The position numbers and the translations under genes are program-made. Positions 40,799-55,104 of a DNA stretch of 64,000 nt are shown here, in pieces; positions within the stretch are counted from its first letter, which is position 1; every line of letters begins with the position of its first letter. The stretch is from the human T2T-CHM13v2.0 reference genome, Homo sapiens, in assembly GCF_009914755.1 (NCBI RefSeq), contig NC_060948.1; one strand, written 5' to 3'. A model generated the notes under the pieces. The model ran no database searches. It was not told where the DNA came from and was given only the letters and a program-made list of their open reading frames with translations.

Positions 40799-43700
40799 CC
40801 TGGAATAAAGTGGAATGCTACGGTCTCGAATGGAATAAAAATGTATGGAATGGAATGCAATGAAACGGAATCGAATGTCATAGAATGTAATGGAATGCAA
40901 AAAAATGGAATCCAAAATCATTGACTGGAAAGGCTGGGTGTCGAAAGGAATTGACTCCAATGGAATGGAATCGAATGGAATGGAAGTGAATAGAATCGAA
41001 CTAAATCGAATGGAATGGAATTGATAGGAACGGAATGGAAAGGAATGCAATGATTTGGCATGGAATGGAATCGAATGGCATCGAATGGAATGGAATGGAA
41101 TGCAATGGAATGGAATGTATTAGAATGTAATGAACTTTAATGGAATGTACTCGAATGGATTCGACTGGAATGGAATGTTCTGGAAGTGAATGGACTCCAA
41201 TGGAATGGATTCAAAAGGAATGGAATCATACGGAATGGAATCTAATGGAATGGAATTAAATGGAAATGAATCAAATTGAATAGCACGGAATTGAATTGAA
41301 TGGAATGGAATGCAATGGAATCTAATGAAACGGAAAGGAAAGGAATGGAATGGAATGGAATGGGCTGGAATGGAAAGGAATCGAAACGAATGGAATGGAA
41401 TCGAAGTGAAGAGACTGGAATGGAATGCACTGGAATGGAAGGGAGTGTAATGGAAGGTTCTCGAAAAAAATGGAATCGAATGGAATGGAATTGAATGGAA
41501 CGGAATAGAGTCGAATGGAATTGAATGGAATGGAATGGACTAGAGTGAAATGGAATCGAACCACAAGGAATGGACAGGAATAGAATGGTCTCGAATTGAA
41601 TGGAATCGTATGGAATGGCATCAAACGGAATGGAATGGACAGCCACGGAATGGAATGCACTCGAATGCAATGGAGTCGAAACTAATGGACTGGAATAGAA
41701 TGGACTCGACTGGTACGGACTCCAATGGAATGGAATCGAATGGAAGGGAATCGAACGGAATGGAATCGAACGGAATGGACTCGAAGGGAAAAGACTGCAA
41801 TGGAAAGGTCTCGAATGGAATGGAAATTAATGGAATGGAATGGAATCGAATGAAATGGAGTCAAAAGGAATGGAATCGAATGGCAAGAAATCGAATGTAA
41901 TGGAATCGCCAGGAATTGATGTGAACGGAACGGAATGGAATGGAATCCAAAGGAATGGAATAGAATGGAATGGAATCGAATGGAAAGGACTCGAATGGAA
42001 ATCACTCGAATAGAATGCAATTTAATAAAATAGGATCAAATGTAATGGAATGGAATGGAAAGGAATCGAAACGAAAGGAATGGAGACAGATGGAATGGAA
42101 TGCAACAGAGAGCAATGGTATAGAATGGAATGGAATCATCTGGAATGGAATTGAATGGAATGGAATAATATGAAATGGAATGGAATGGAATGGAATGGAA
42201 TGCCCTTGAATTAAATGGACTGGAATGGAATGGACTCAAACAGAGTGGAATGGAAAGTGTGGAGATAGAATGGAATGAACTCCTTTGGAATGGTGTAGTA
42301 TGCAATGCAATCGACTGGCAGGGAATCAAAAGGAATGTAATCGAATGGATTGGACTGGAATGCAATGGACTCGAATAGATTGGAAACGGAATGCAAAGGA
42401 ATGGAATGGAATAGTATGGAATGCAATGGAAGGGAATGGAGTGGAATAGACTAGAGTGGAATGGAATGGACTGGAAAGCAATGGACTGGAATGGAACTTT
42501 CTTGGATGGACTGGAATCAAACGGAATGGAATGCAGTGCAATCAAATGGCATGGAATAAAATAGAATGAAAGAGAATCAAATGGAATTGAATCGAATGGA
42601 ATCGAATGGATTGGAAAGGAATAGAATGGAATGGAATGGAATTGACTCAAATGGAATGGACTAGAATGGAATGGATTCGAATGGAAGGCAAAGGAATGGA
42701 ATCTATTGGAATGGACTGTAATGGAATGGAATGGAAGGGATTGGAATGGACTCGAATGGAATGGACTGCAATAGAAAGGATTCGAATGGAATGAAAAAGA
42801 ATTGAATGGAATAGAACAGAATGGAATCAAATCGAATGAAATGGAATGGAATAGAAAGGAATGGAATGAAATGGAATGGAAAGGATTCGAATGGAATGCA
42901 ATCGAATGGAATGGAATCGAACGGAATGGAATAAAATGGAAGAAAACTGGCAAGAAATGGAATCGAAATGAATGGAGTGTTATGGAACGGACTCAAAAGG
43001 AATTGAATGTAATAGAATGGAGTGGAGTGGACTCGAATATAATGGACTGGAATGGAATGAAATCACATGGAATGGGAACGAATGGAATGGAATGGAAAGG
43101 AATGGAATCGAATGGAAAGGAATCGAATGGAAGGGAATGAAATTGAATCAACACGAATGGAAGGGAATAGAATAGACGGTAATGGAATGGACTCGAATAG
43201 AATGGACACGAATGCTCAAATTAAATGGACTCGAATGGAATGGAAACGAAAGGAATGTCACCGAATGGAATTGTATCGATTGGAATGAAATCGCATAGAA
43301 TGGAGTGGAATCAAATGGAATTGAATCGAAAGGAAAGGAAGCGAATGGACTGAAATGAAATGGAATGGAATTGAATGGAAAGTAATGCAATGGAATAGAA
43401 TGGAACGAAATTTCACGGAATGGAATCAAACTGAATGGAATCAAATCAATGGAATCAAATCAAATGGAATGGAAAGGAATTGAATGGAGTAGATGGGATT
43501 GGATGGGATTGGAATGAAATGTACTGGAAAGGACTCGAATTTCATGAAACGGAATGGAATGAATTGGAACGGAATGGACTCGAATGGAATGGAATGTCAT
43601 GGGATGGCATCAAATGGAATGGCATCAAATGGAATGGAATCGAATGCAATGGAATGCTATGGAATGGAATGGAATGCATTGGAATGGAATGTCCTCTAAT

Positions 43701-44382
43701 GGAATGGATTCGAGTGGAATGGAATTGAATATAATGGAGTCGAATGAAATGGAATTGAAAGGAATGGGATCGAATACAATGGAATATACAGGAATGTAAC
43801 GTAATGAACTCGAATGTAATTGACTGGAATGGAATGTACATGAATGGAATGTAATCGAAAGGAAAGTAATCCAATGGAATAGAATCTAATGCAATAAAAT
43901 CGACTCAGATAGAGTAGAATGTAATGGAATGGAGTGCAGTGCAATGGAATGGAATGGAATGGAATGCAATGGAATGGAATGGAATGGAATGGAATGGAAT
44001 GGAATGGAATGGAATGGGATGGAATGGTATGGAATGGATAGTAATGGACTGGAGCGAAATGGACTGGAAAGGAATGGACTCAAATTGAAAGGGCTCGAAA
44101 GGAATGGAGTCAAATGGAATGGTCTGGAATGGAATGAAGACGAATGTAATGCAACCCAATAGAATGGAATCGAATGGCATGGAATATAAAGAAATGGAAT
44201 CGAAGAGAATGGAAACAAATGGAATGGAATTGAATGGAATGGAATTGAATGGAATGGGAACGAATGGAGTGAAATTGTATGCAGTAGAAGAGAATAGAAT
44301 GGAATGCAAGCGAAAGGAAAGGAATGGATTGGAATGGAATGGAATTCATTGGAATGGAAGTGAATGTAGTGTAATGGACAGG
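40799..44382 (+). repeat. DYZ1: DYZ1 unit 12 (3584 bp), subfamily B, mosaic
   Basis: GGCC 40797 to 44381. Confidence 0.92.
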
Positions 44383-47300
44383 CCTGGAATAAAGTGGAAT
44401 GCTACGGTCTCGAATGGAATAAAAATGTATGGAATGGAATGCAATGAAACGGAATCGAATGTCATAGAATGTAATGGAATGCAAAAAAATGGAATCCAAA
44501 ATCATTGACTGGAAAGGCTGGGTGTCGAAAGGAATTGACTCCAATGGAATGGAATCGAATGGAATGGAAGTGAATAGAATCGAACTAAATCGAATGGAAT
44601 GGAATTGATAGGAACGGAATGGAAAGGAATGCAATGATTTGGCATGGAATGGAATCGAATGGCATCGAATGGAATGGAATGGAATGCAATGGAATGGAAT
44701 GTATTAGAATGTAATGAACTTTAATGGAATGTACTCGAATGGATTCGACTGGAATGGAATGTTCTGGAAGTGAATGGACTCCAATGGAATGGATTCAAAA
44801 GGAATGGAATCGTACGGAATGGAATCTAATGGAATGGAATTAAATGGAAATGAATCAAATTGAATAGCACGGAATTGAATTGAATGGAATGGAATGCAAT
44901 GGAATCTAATGAAACGGAAAGGAAAGGAATGGAATGGAATGGAATGGGCTGGAATGGAAAGGAATCGAAACGAATGGAATGGAATCGAAGTGAAGAGACT
45001 GGAATGGAATGCACTGGAATGGAAGGGAGTGTAACGGAAGGTTCTCGAAAAAAATGGAATCGAATGGAATGGAATTGAATGGAACGGAATAGAGTCGAAT
45101 GGAATTGAATGGAATGGAATGGACTAGAGTGAAATGGAATCGAACCACAAGGAATGGACAGGAATAGAATGGTCTCGAATTGAATGGAATCGTATGGAAT
45201 GGCATCAAACGGAATGGAATGGACAGCCACGGAATGGAATGCACTCGAATGCAATGGAGTCGAAACTAATGGACTGGAATAGAATGGACTCGACTGGTAC
45301 GGACTCCAATGGAATGGAATCGAATGGAAGGGAATCGAACGGAATGGAATCGAACGGAATGGACTCGAAGGGAAAAGACTGCAATGGAAAGGTCTCGAAT
45401 GGAATGGAAATTAATGGAATGGAATGGAATCGAATGAAATGGAGTCAAAAGGAATGGAATCGAATGGCAAGAAATCGAATGTAATGGAATCGCCAGGAAT
45501 TGATGTGAACGGAACGGAATGGAATGGAATCCAAAGGAATGGAATAGAATGGAATGGAATCGAATGGAAAGGACTCGAATGGAAATCACTCGAATAGAAT
45601 GCAATTTAATAAAATAGGATCAAATGTAATGGAATGGAATGGAAAGGAATCGAAACGAAAGGAATGGAGACAGATGGAATGGAATGGAACAGAGAGCAAT
45701 GGTATAGAATGGAATGGAATCATCTGGAATGGAATTGAATGGAATGGAATAATATGAAATGGAATGGAATGGAATGGAATGGAATGCCCTTGAATTAAAT
45801 GGACTGGAATGGAATGGACTCAAACAGAGTGGAATGGAAAGTGTGGAGACAGAATGGAATGAACTCCTTTGGAATGGTGTAGTATGCAATGCAATCGACT
45901 GGCAGGGAATCAAAAGGAATGTAATCGAATGGATTGGACTGGAATGCAATGGACTCGAATAGATTGGAAACGGAATGCAAAGGAATGGAATGGAATAGTA
46001 TGGAATGCAATGGAAGGGAATGGAGTGGAATAGACTAGAGTGGAATGGAATGGACTGGAAAGCAATGGACTGGAATGGAACTTTCTTGGATGGACTGGAA
46101 TCAAACGGAATGGAATGCAGTGCAATCAAATGGCATGGAATAAAATAGAATGAAAGAGAATCAAATGGAATTGAATCGAATGGAATCGAATGGATTGGAA
46201 AGGAATAGAATGGAATGGAATGGAATGGACTCAAATGGAATGTACTAGAATGGAATGGATTCGAATGGAAGGCAAAGGAATGGAATCTATTGGAATGGAC
46301 TGTAATGGAATGGAATGGAAGGGATTGGAATGGACTCGAATGGAATGGACTGCAATAGAAAGGATTCGAATGGAATGAAAAAGAATTGAATGGAATAGAA
46401 CAGAATGGAATCAAATCGAATGAAATGGAATGGAATAGAAAGGAATGGAATGAAATGGAATGGAAAGGATTCGAATGGAATGCAATCGAATGGAATGGAA
46501 TCGAACGGAATGGAATAAAATGGAAGAAAACTGGCAAGAAATGGAATCGAAATGAATGGAGTGTTATGGAACGGACTCAAAAGGAATTGAATGTAATAGA
46601 ATGGAGTGGAGTGGACTCGAATATAATGGACTGGAATGGAATGAAATCACATGGAATGGGAACGAATGGAATGGAATGGAAAGGAATGGAATCGAATGGA
46701 AAGGAATCGAATGGAAGGGAATGAAATTGAATCAACACGAATGGAAGGGAATAGAATAGACTGTAATGGAATGGACTCGAATAGAATGGACACGAATGCT
46801 CAAATTAAATGGACTCGAATGGAATGGAAACGAAAGGAATGTCATCGAATGGAATTGAATCGATGGGAATGAAATCGCATAGAATGGAGTGGAATCAAAT
46901 GGAATTGAATCGAAAGGAAAGGAAGCGAATGGACTGAAATGAAATGGAATGGAATTGAATGGAAAGTAATGCAATGGAATAGAATGGAACGAAATTTCAC
47001 GGAATGGAATCAAACTGAATGGAATCAAATCAATGGAATCAAATCAAATGGAATGGAAAGGAATTGAATGGAGTAGATGGGATTGGATGGGATTGGAATG
47101 AAATGTACTGGAAAGGACTCGAATTTCATGAAACGGAATGGAATGAATTGGAACGGAATGGACTCGAATGGAAAGGAATGTCACGGGATGGCATCAAATG
47201 GAATGACATCAAATGGAATGGAATCGAATGCTTGGAATGCTATGGAATGGAATGGAATGCATTGGAATGGAATGTCCGCTAATGGAATGGATTCGAGTGG

Positions 47301-47965
47301 AATGGAATTGAATATAATGGAGTCGAATGAAATATAATTGAAAGGAATGGGATCGAATACAATGGAATATACTGGAATGTAACGTAATGAACTCGAATGT
47401 AATTGACTGGAATGGAATGTACATGAATGGAATGTAATCGAATGGAAAGTAATCCAATGGAATAGAATCTAATGCAATAAAATCGACTCAGATAGAGTAG
47501 AATGTAATGGAATGGAGTGCAGTGCAATGGAATGGAATGGAATGGAATGCAATGGAATGGAATGGAATGGAATGGAATGGAATGGAATGGAATGGAATGG
47601 GATGGAATGGTATGGAATGGATAGTAATGGACTGGAGTGAAATGGACTGGAAAGGAATGGACTCAAATTGAAAGGGCTCGAAAGGAATGGAGTCAAATGG
47701 AATGGTCTGGAATGGAATGAACACGAATGTAATGCAACCCAATAGAATGGAATCGAATGGCATGGAATATAAAGAAATGGAATCGAAGAGAATGGAAACA
47801 AATGGAATGGAATTGAATGGAATGGAATTGAATGGAATGGGAACGAATGGAGTGAAATTGTATGCAGTAGAAGAGAATAGAATGGAATGCAAGCGAAAGG
47901 AAAGGAATGGATTGGAATGGAATGGAATTCATTGGAATGGAAGGGAATGTAGTGTAATGGACAGG
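44383..47965 (+). repeat. DYZ1: DYZ1 unit 13 (3583 bp), subfamily B
   Basis: GGCC 44381 to 47964; 1-bp deletion at ~47232. Confidence 0.92.
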
Positions 47966-50900
47966 CCTGGAATAAAGTGGAATGCTACGGTCTCGAATGG
48001 AATAAAAATGTATGGAATGGAATGCAATGAAACGGAATCGAATGTCATAGAATGTAATGGAATGCAAAAAAAATGGAATCCAAAATCACTGACTGGAAAG
48101 GCTGGGTGTCGAAAGGAATTGACTCCAATGGAATGGAATCGAATGGAATGGAAGTGAATAGAATCGAACTAAATCGAATGGAATGGAATTGATAGGAACG
48201 GAATGGAAAGGAATGCAATGATTTGGCATGGAATGGAATCGAATGGCATCGAATGGAATGGAATGGAATGCAATGGAATGGAATGTATTAGAATGTAATG
48301 AACTTTAATGGAATGTACTCGAATGGATTCGACTGGAATGGAATGTTCTGGAAGTGAATGGACTCCAATGGAATGGATTCAAAAGGAATGGAATCGTACG
48401 GAATGGAATCTAATGGAATGGAATTAAATGGAAATGAATCAAATTGAATACCACGGAATTGAATTGAATGGAATGGAATGCAATGGAATCTAATGAAACG
48501 GAAAGGAAAGGAATGGAATGGAATGGAATGGGCTGGAATGGAAAGGAATCGAAACGAATGGAATGGAATCGAAGTGAAGAGACTGGAATGGAATGCACTG
48601 GAATGGAAGGGAGTGTAATGGAAGGTTCTCGAAAAAAATGGAATCGAATGGAATGGAATTGAATGGAACGGAATAGAGTCGAATGGAATTGAATGGAATG
48701 GAATGGACTAGAGTGAAATGGAATCGAACCACAAGGAATGGAGAGGAATAGAATGGTCTCGAATTGAATGGAATCGTATGGAATGGCATCAAACGGAATG
48801 GAATGGACAGCCACGGAATGGAATGCACTCGAATGCAATGGAGTCGAAACTAATGGACTGGAATAGAATGGACTCGACTGGTACGGACTCCAATGGAATG
48901 GAATCGAATGGAAGGGAATCGAACGGAATGGAATCGAACGGAATGGACTCGAAGGGAAAAGACTGCAATGGAAAGGTCTCGAATGGAATGGAAATTAATG
49001 GAATGGAATGGAATCGAATGAAATGGAGTCAAAAGGAATGGAATCGAATGGCAAGAAATCGAATGTAATGGAATCGCCAGGAATTGATGTGAACGGAACG
49101 GAATGGAATGGAATCCAAAGGAATGGAATAGAATGGAATGGAATCGAATGGAAAGGACTCGAATGGAAATCACTCGAATAGAATGCAATTTAATAAAATA
49201 GGATCAAATGTAATGGAATGGAATGGAAAGGAATCGAAACGAAAGGAATGGAGACAGATGGAATGGAATGGAACAGAGAGCAATGGTATAGAATGGAATG
49301 GAATCATCTGGAATGGAATTGAATGGAATGGAATAATATGAAATGGAATGGAATGGAATGGAATGGAATGCCCTTGAATTAAATGGACTGGAATGGAATG
49401 GACTCAAACAGAGTGGAATGGAAAGTGTGGAGATAGAATGGAATGAACTCCTTTGGAATGGTGTAGTATGCAATGCAATCGACTGGCAGGGAATCAAAAG
49501 GAATGTAATCGAATGGATTGGACTGGAATGCAATGGACTCGAATAGATTGGAAACGGAATGCAAAGGAATGGAATGGAATAGTATGGAATGCAATGGAAG
49601 GGAATGGAGTGGAATAGACTAGAGTGGAATGGAATGGACTGGAAAGCAATGGACTGGAATGGAACTTTCTTGGATGGACTGGAATCAAACGGAATGGAAT
49701 GCAGTGCAATCAAATGGCATGGAATAAAATAGAATGAAAGAGAATCAAATGGAATTGAATCGAATGGAATCGAATGGATTGGAAAGGAATAGAATGGAAT
49801 GGAATGGAATGGACTCAAATGGAATGGACTAGAATGGAATGGATTCGAATGGAAGGCAAAGGAATGGAATCTATTGGAATGGACTGTAATGGAATGGAAT
49901 GGAAGGGATTGGAATGGACTCGAATGGAATGGACTGCAATAGAAAGGATTCGAATGGAATGAAAAAGAATTGAATGGAATAGAACAGAACGGAATCAAAT
50001 CGAATGAAATGGAATGGAATAGAAAGGAATGGAATGAAATGGAATGGAAAGGATTCGAATGGAATGCAATCGAATGGAATGGAATCGAACGGAATGGAAT
50101 AAAATGGAAGAAAACTGGCAAGAAATGGAATCGAAATGAATGGAGTGTTATGGAACGGACTCAAAAGGAATTGAATGTAATAGAATGGAGTGGAGTGGAC
50201 TCGAATATAATGGACTGGAATGGAATGAAATCACATGGAATGGGAACGAATGGAATGGAATGGAAAGGAATGGAATCGAATGGAAAGGAATCGAATGGAA
50301 GGGAATGAAATTGAATCAACACGAATGGAAGGGAATAGAATAGACTGTAATGGAATGGACTCGAATAGAATGGACACGAATGCTCAAATTAAATGGACTC
50401 GAATGGAATGGAAACGAAAGGAATGTCATCGAATGGAATTGAATCGATTGGAATGAAATCGCATAGAATGGAGAGGAATCAAATGGAATTGAATCGAAAG
50501 GAAAGGAAGCGAATGGACTGAAATGAAATGGAATGGAATTGAATGGAAAGTAATGCAATGGAATAGAATGGAACGAAATTTCACGGAATGGAATCAAACT
50601 GAATGGAATCAAATCAATGGAATCAAATCAAATGGAATGGAAAGGAATTGAATGGAGTAGATGGGATTGGATGGGATTGGAATGAAATGTACTGGAAAGG
50701 ACTCGAATTTCATGAAACGGAATGGAATGAATTGGAACGGAATGGACTCGAATGGAATGGAATGTCATGGGATGGCATCAAATGGAATGACATCAAATGG
50801 AATGGAATCGAATGCAATGGAATGCTATGGAATGGAATGGAATGCATTGGAATGGAATGTCCGCTAATGGAATGGATTCGAGTGGAATGGAATTGAATAT

Positions 50901-51550
50901 AATGGAGTCGAATGAAATGGAATTGAAAGGAATGGGATCGAATACAATGGAATATACTGGAATGTAACGTAATGAACTCGAATGTAATTGACTGGAATGG
51001 AATGTACATGAATGGAATGTAATCGAATGGAAAGTAATCCAATGGAATAGAATCTAATGCAATAAAATCGACTCAGATAGAGTAGAATGTAATGGAATGG
51101 AGTGCAGTGCAATGGAATGGAATGGAATGGAATGCAATGGAATGGAATGGAATGGAATGGAATGGAATGGAATGGAATGGAATGGGATGGAATGGTATGG
51201 AATGGATAGTAATGGACTGGAGTGAAATGGACTGGAAAGGAATGGACTCAAATTGAAAGGGCTCGAAAGGAATGGAGTCAAATGGAATGGTCTGGAATGG
51301 AATGAACACGAATGTAATGCAACCCAATAGAATGGAATCGAATGGCATGGAATATAAAGAAATGGAATCGAAGAGAATGGAAACAAATGGAATGGAATTG
51401 AATGGAATGGAATTGAATGGAATGGGAACGAATGGAGTGAAATTGTATGCAGTAGAAGAGAATAGAATGGAATGCAAGCGAAAGGAAAGGAATGGATTGG
51501 AATGGAATGGAATTCATTGGAATGGAAGGGAATGTAGTGTAATGGACAGG
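47966..51550 (+). repeat. DYZ1: DYZ1 unit 14 (3585 bp), subfamily B
   Basis: GGCC 47964 to 51549; A8 instead of A7 at ~48066. Confidence 0.92.
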
Positions 51551-54500
51551 CCTGGAATAAAGTGGAATGCTACGGTCTCGAATGGAATAAAAATGTATGG
51601 AATGGAATGCAATGAAACGGAATCGAATGTCATAGAATGTAATGGAATGCAAAAAAATGGAATCCAAAATCATTGACTGGAAAGGCTGGGTGTCGAAAGG
51701 AATTGACTCCAATGGAATGGAATCGAATGGAATGGAAGTGAATAGAATCGAACTAAATCGAATGGAATGGAATTGATAGGAACGGAATGGAAAGGAATGC
51801 AATGATTTGGCATGGAATGGAATCGAATGGCATCGAATGGAATGGAATGGAATGCAATGGAATGGAATGTATTAGAATGTAATGAACTTTAATGGAATGT
51901 ACTCGAATGGATTCGACTGGAATGGAATGTTCTGGAAGTGAATGGACTCCAATGGAATGGATTCAAAAGGAATGGAATCGTACGGAATGGAATCTAATGG
52001 AATGGAATTAAATGGAAATGAATCAAATTGAATAGCACGGAATTGAATTGAATGGAATGGAATGCAATGGAATCTAATGAAACGGAAAGGAAAGGAATGG
52101 AATGGAATGGAATGGGCTGGAATGGAAAGGAATCGAAACGAATGGAATGGAATCGAACTGAAGAGACTGGAATGGAATGCACTGGAATGGAAGGGAGTGT
52201 AATGGAAGGTTCTCGAAAAAAATGGAATCGAATGGAATGGAATTGAATGGAACGGAATAGAGTCGAATGGAATTGAATGGAATGGAATGGACTAGAGTGA
52301 AATGGAATCGAACCACAAGGAATGGACAGGAATAGAATGGTCTCGAATTGAATGGAATCGTATGGAATGGCATCAAACGGAATGGAATGGACAGCCACGG
52401 AATGGAATGCACTCGAATGCAATGGAGTCGAAACTAATGGACTGGAATAGAATGGACTCGACTGGTACGGACTCCAATGGAATGGAATCGAATGGAAGGG
52501 AATCGAACGGAATGGACTCGAAGGGAAAAGACTGCAATGGAAAGGTCTCGAATGGAATGGAAATTAATGGAATGGAATGGAATCGAATGAAATGGAGTCA
52601 AAAGGAATGGAATCGAATGGCAAGAAATCGAATGTAATGGAATCGCAAGGAATTGATGTGAACGGAACGGAATGGAATGGAATCCAAAGGAATGGAATAG
52701 AATGGAATGGAATCGAATGGAAAGGACTCGAATGGAAATCACTCGAATAGAATGCAATTTAATAAAATAGGATCAAATGTAATGGAATGGAATGGAAAGG
52801 AATCGAAACGAAAGGAATGGAGACAGATGGAATGGAATGGAACAGAGAGCAATGGTATAGAATGGAATGGAATCATCTGGAATGGAATTGAATGGAATGG
52901 AATAATATGAAATGGAATGGAATGGAATGGAATGGAATGCCCTTGAATTAAATGGACTGGAATGGAATGGACTCAAACAGAGTGGAATGGAAAGTGTGGA
53001 GATAGAATGGAATGAACTCCTTTGGAATGGTGTAGTATGCAATGCAATCGACTGGCAGGGAATCAAAAGGAATGTAATCGAATGGATTGGACTGGAATGC
53101 AATGGACTCGAATAGATTGGAAACGGAATGCAAAGGAATGGAATGGAATAGTATGGAATGCAATGGAAGGGAATGGAGTGGAATAGACTAGAGTGGAATG
53201 GAATGGACTGGAAAGCAATGGACTGGAATGGAACTTTCTTGGATGGACTGGAATCAAACGGAATGGAATGCAATGCAATCAAATGGCATGGAATAAATTA
53301 GAATGAAAGAGAATCAAATGGAATTGAATCGAATGGAATCGAATGGATTGGAAAGGAATGGAATTGACTCAAATGGAATGGACTAGAATGGAATGGATTC
53401 GAATGGAAGGCAAAGGAATGGAATCTATTGGAATGGACTGTAATGGAATGGAATGGAAGGGATTGGAATGGACTCGAATGGAATGGACTGCAATAGAAAG
53501 GATTCGAATGGAATGAAAAAGAATTGAATGGAATAGAACAGAATGGAATCAAATCGAATGAAATGGAATGGAATAGAAAGGAATGGAATGAAATGGAATG
53601 GAAAGGATTCGAATGGAATGCAATCGAATGGAATGGAATCGAACGGAATGGAATAAAATGGAAGAAAACTGGCAAGAAATGGAATCGAAATGAATGGAGT
53701 GTTATGGAACGGACTCAAAAGGAATTGAATGTAATAGAATGGAGTGGAGTGGACTCGAATATAATGGACTGGAATGGAATGAAATCACATGGAATGGGAA
53801 CGAATGGAATGGAATGGAAAGGAATGGAATCGAATGGAAAGGAATCGAATGGAAGGGAATGAAATTGGATCAACACGAATGGAAGGGAATAGAATAGACT
53901 GTAATGGAATGGACTCGAATAGAATGGACACGAATGCTCAAATTAAATGGACTCGAATGGAATGGAAACGAAAGGAATGTCATCGAATGGAATTGAATCG
54001 ATTGGAATGAAATCGCATAGAATGGAGTGGAATCAAATGGAATTGAATCGAAAGGAAAGGAAGCGAATGGACTGAAATGAAATGGAATGGAATTGAATGG
54101 AAAGTAATGCAATGGAATAGAATGGAACGAAATTTCACGGAATGGAATCAAACTGAATGGAATCAAATCAATGGAATCAAATCAAATGGAATGGAAAGGA
54201 ATTGAATGGAGTAGATGGGATTGGATGGGATTGGAATGAAATGTACTGGAAAGGACTCGAATTTCATGAAACGGAATGGAATGAATTGGAACGGAATGGA
54301 CTCGAATGGAATGGAATGTCATGGGATGGCATCAAATGGAATGGCATCAAATGGAATGGAATCGAATGCAATGGAATGCTATGGAATGGAATGGAATGCA
54401 TTGGAATGGAATGTCCTCTAATGGAATGGATTCGAGTGGAATGGAATTGAATATAATGGAGTCGAATGAAATGGAACTGAAAGGAATGGGATCGAATACA

Positions 54501-55104
54501 ATGGAATATACTGGAATGTAACGTGATGAACTCGAATGTAATTGACTGGAATGGAATGCACATGAATGGAATGTAATCGAATGGAAAGTAATCCAATGGA
54601 ATAGAATCTAATGAAATAAAATCGACTCAGATAGAGTAGAATGTAATGGAATGGAGTGCAGTGCAATGGAATGGAATGGAATGGAATGCAATGGAATGGA
54701 ATGGAATGGAATGGAATGGAATGGAATGGAATGGAATGGGATGGAATGGTATGGAATGGATAGTAATGGACTGGAGTGAAATGGACTGGAAAGGAATGGA
54801 CTCAAATTGAAAGGTCTCGAAAGGAATGGAGTCAAATGGAATGGTCTGGAATGGAATGAACACGAATGTAATGCAACCCAATAGAATGGAATCGAATGGC
54901 ATGGAATATAAAGAAATGGAATCGAAGAGAATGGAAACAAATGGAATGGAATTGAATGGAATGGAATTGAATGGAATGGGAACGAATGGAGTGAAATTGT
55001 ATGCAGTAGAAGAGAATAGAATGGAATGCAAGCGAAAGGAAAGGAATGGATTGGAATGGAATGGAATTCATTGGAATGGAAGCGAATGTAGTGTAATGGA
55101 CAGG
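51551..55104 (+). repeat. DYZ1: DYZ1 unit 15 (3554 bp), subfamily B
   Basis: GGCC 51549 to 55103; lacks the 15-bp duplication and has a private 15-bp deletion at ~53360. Confidence 0.92.
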
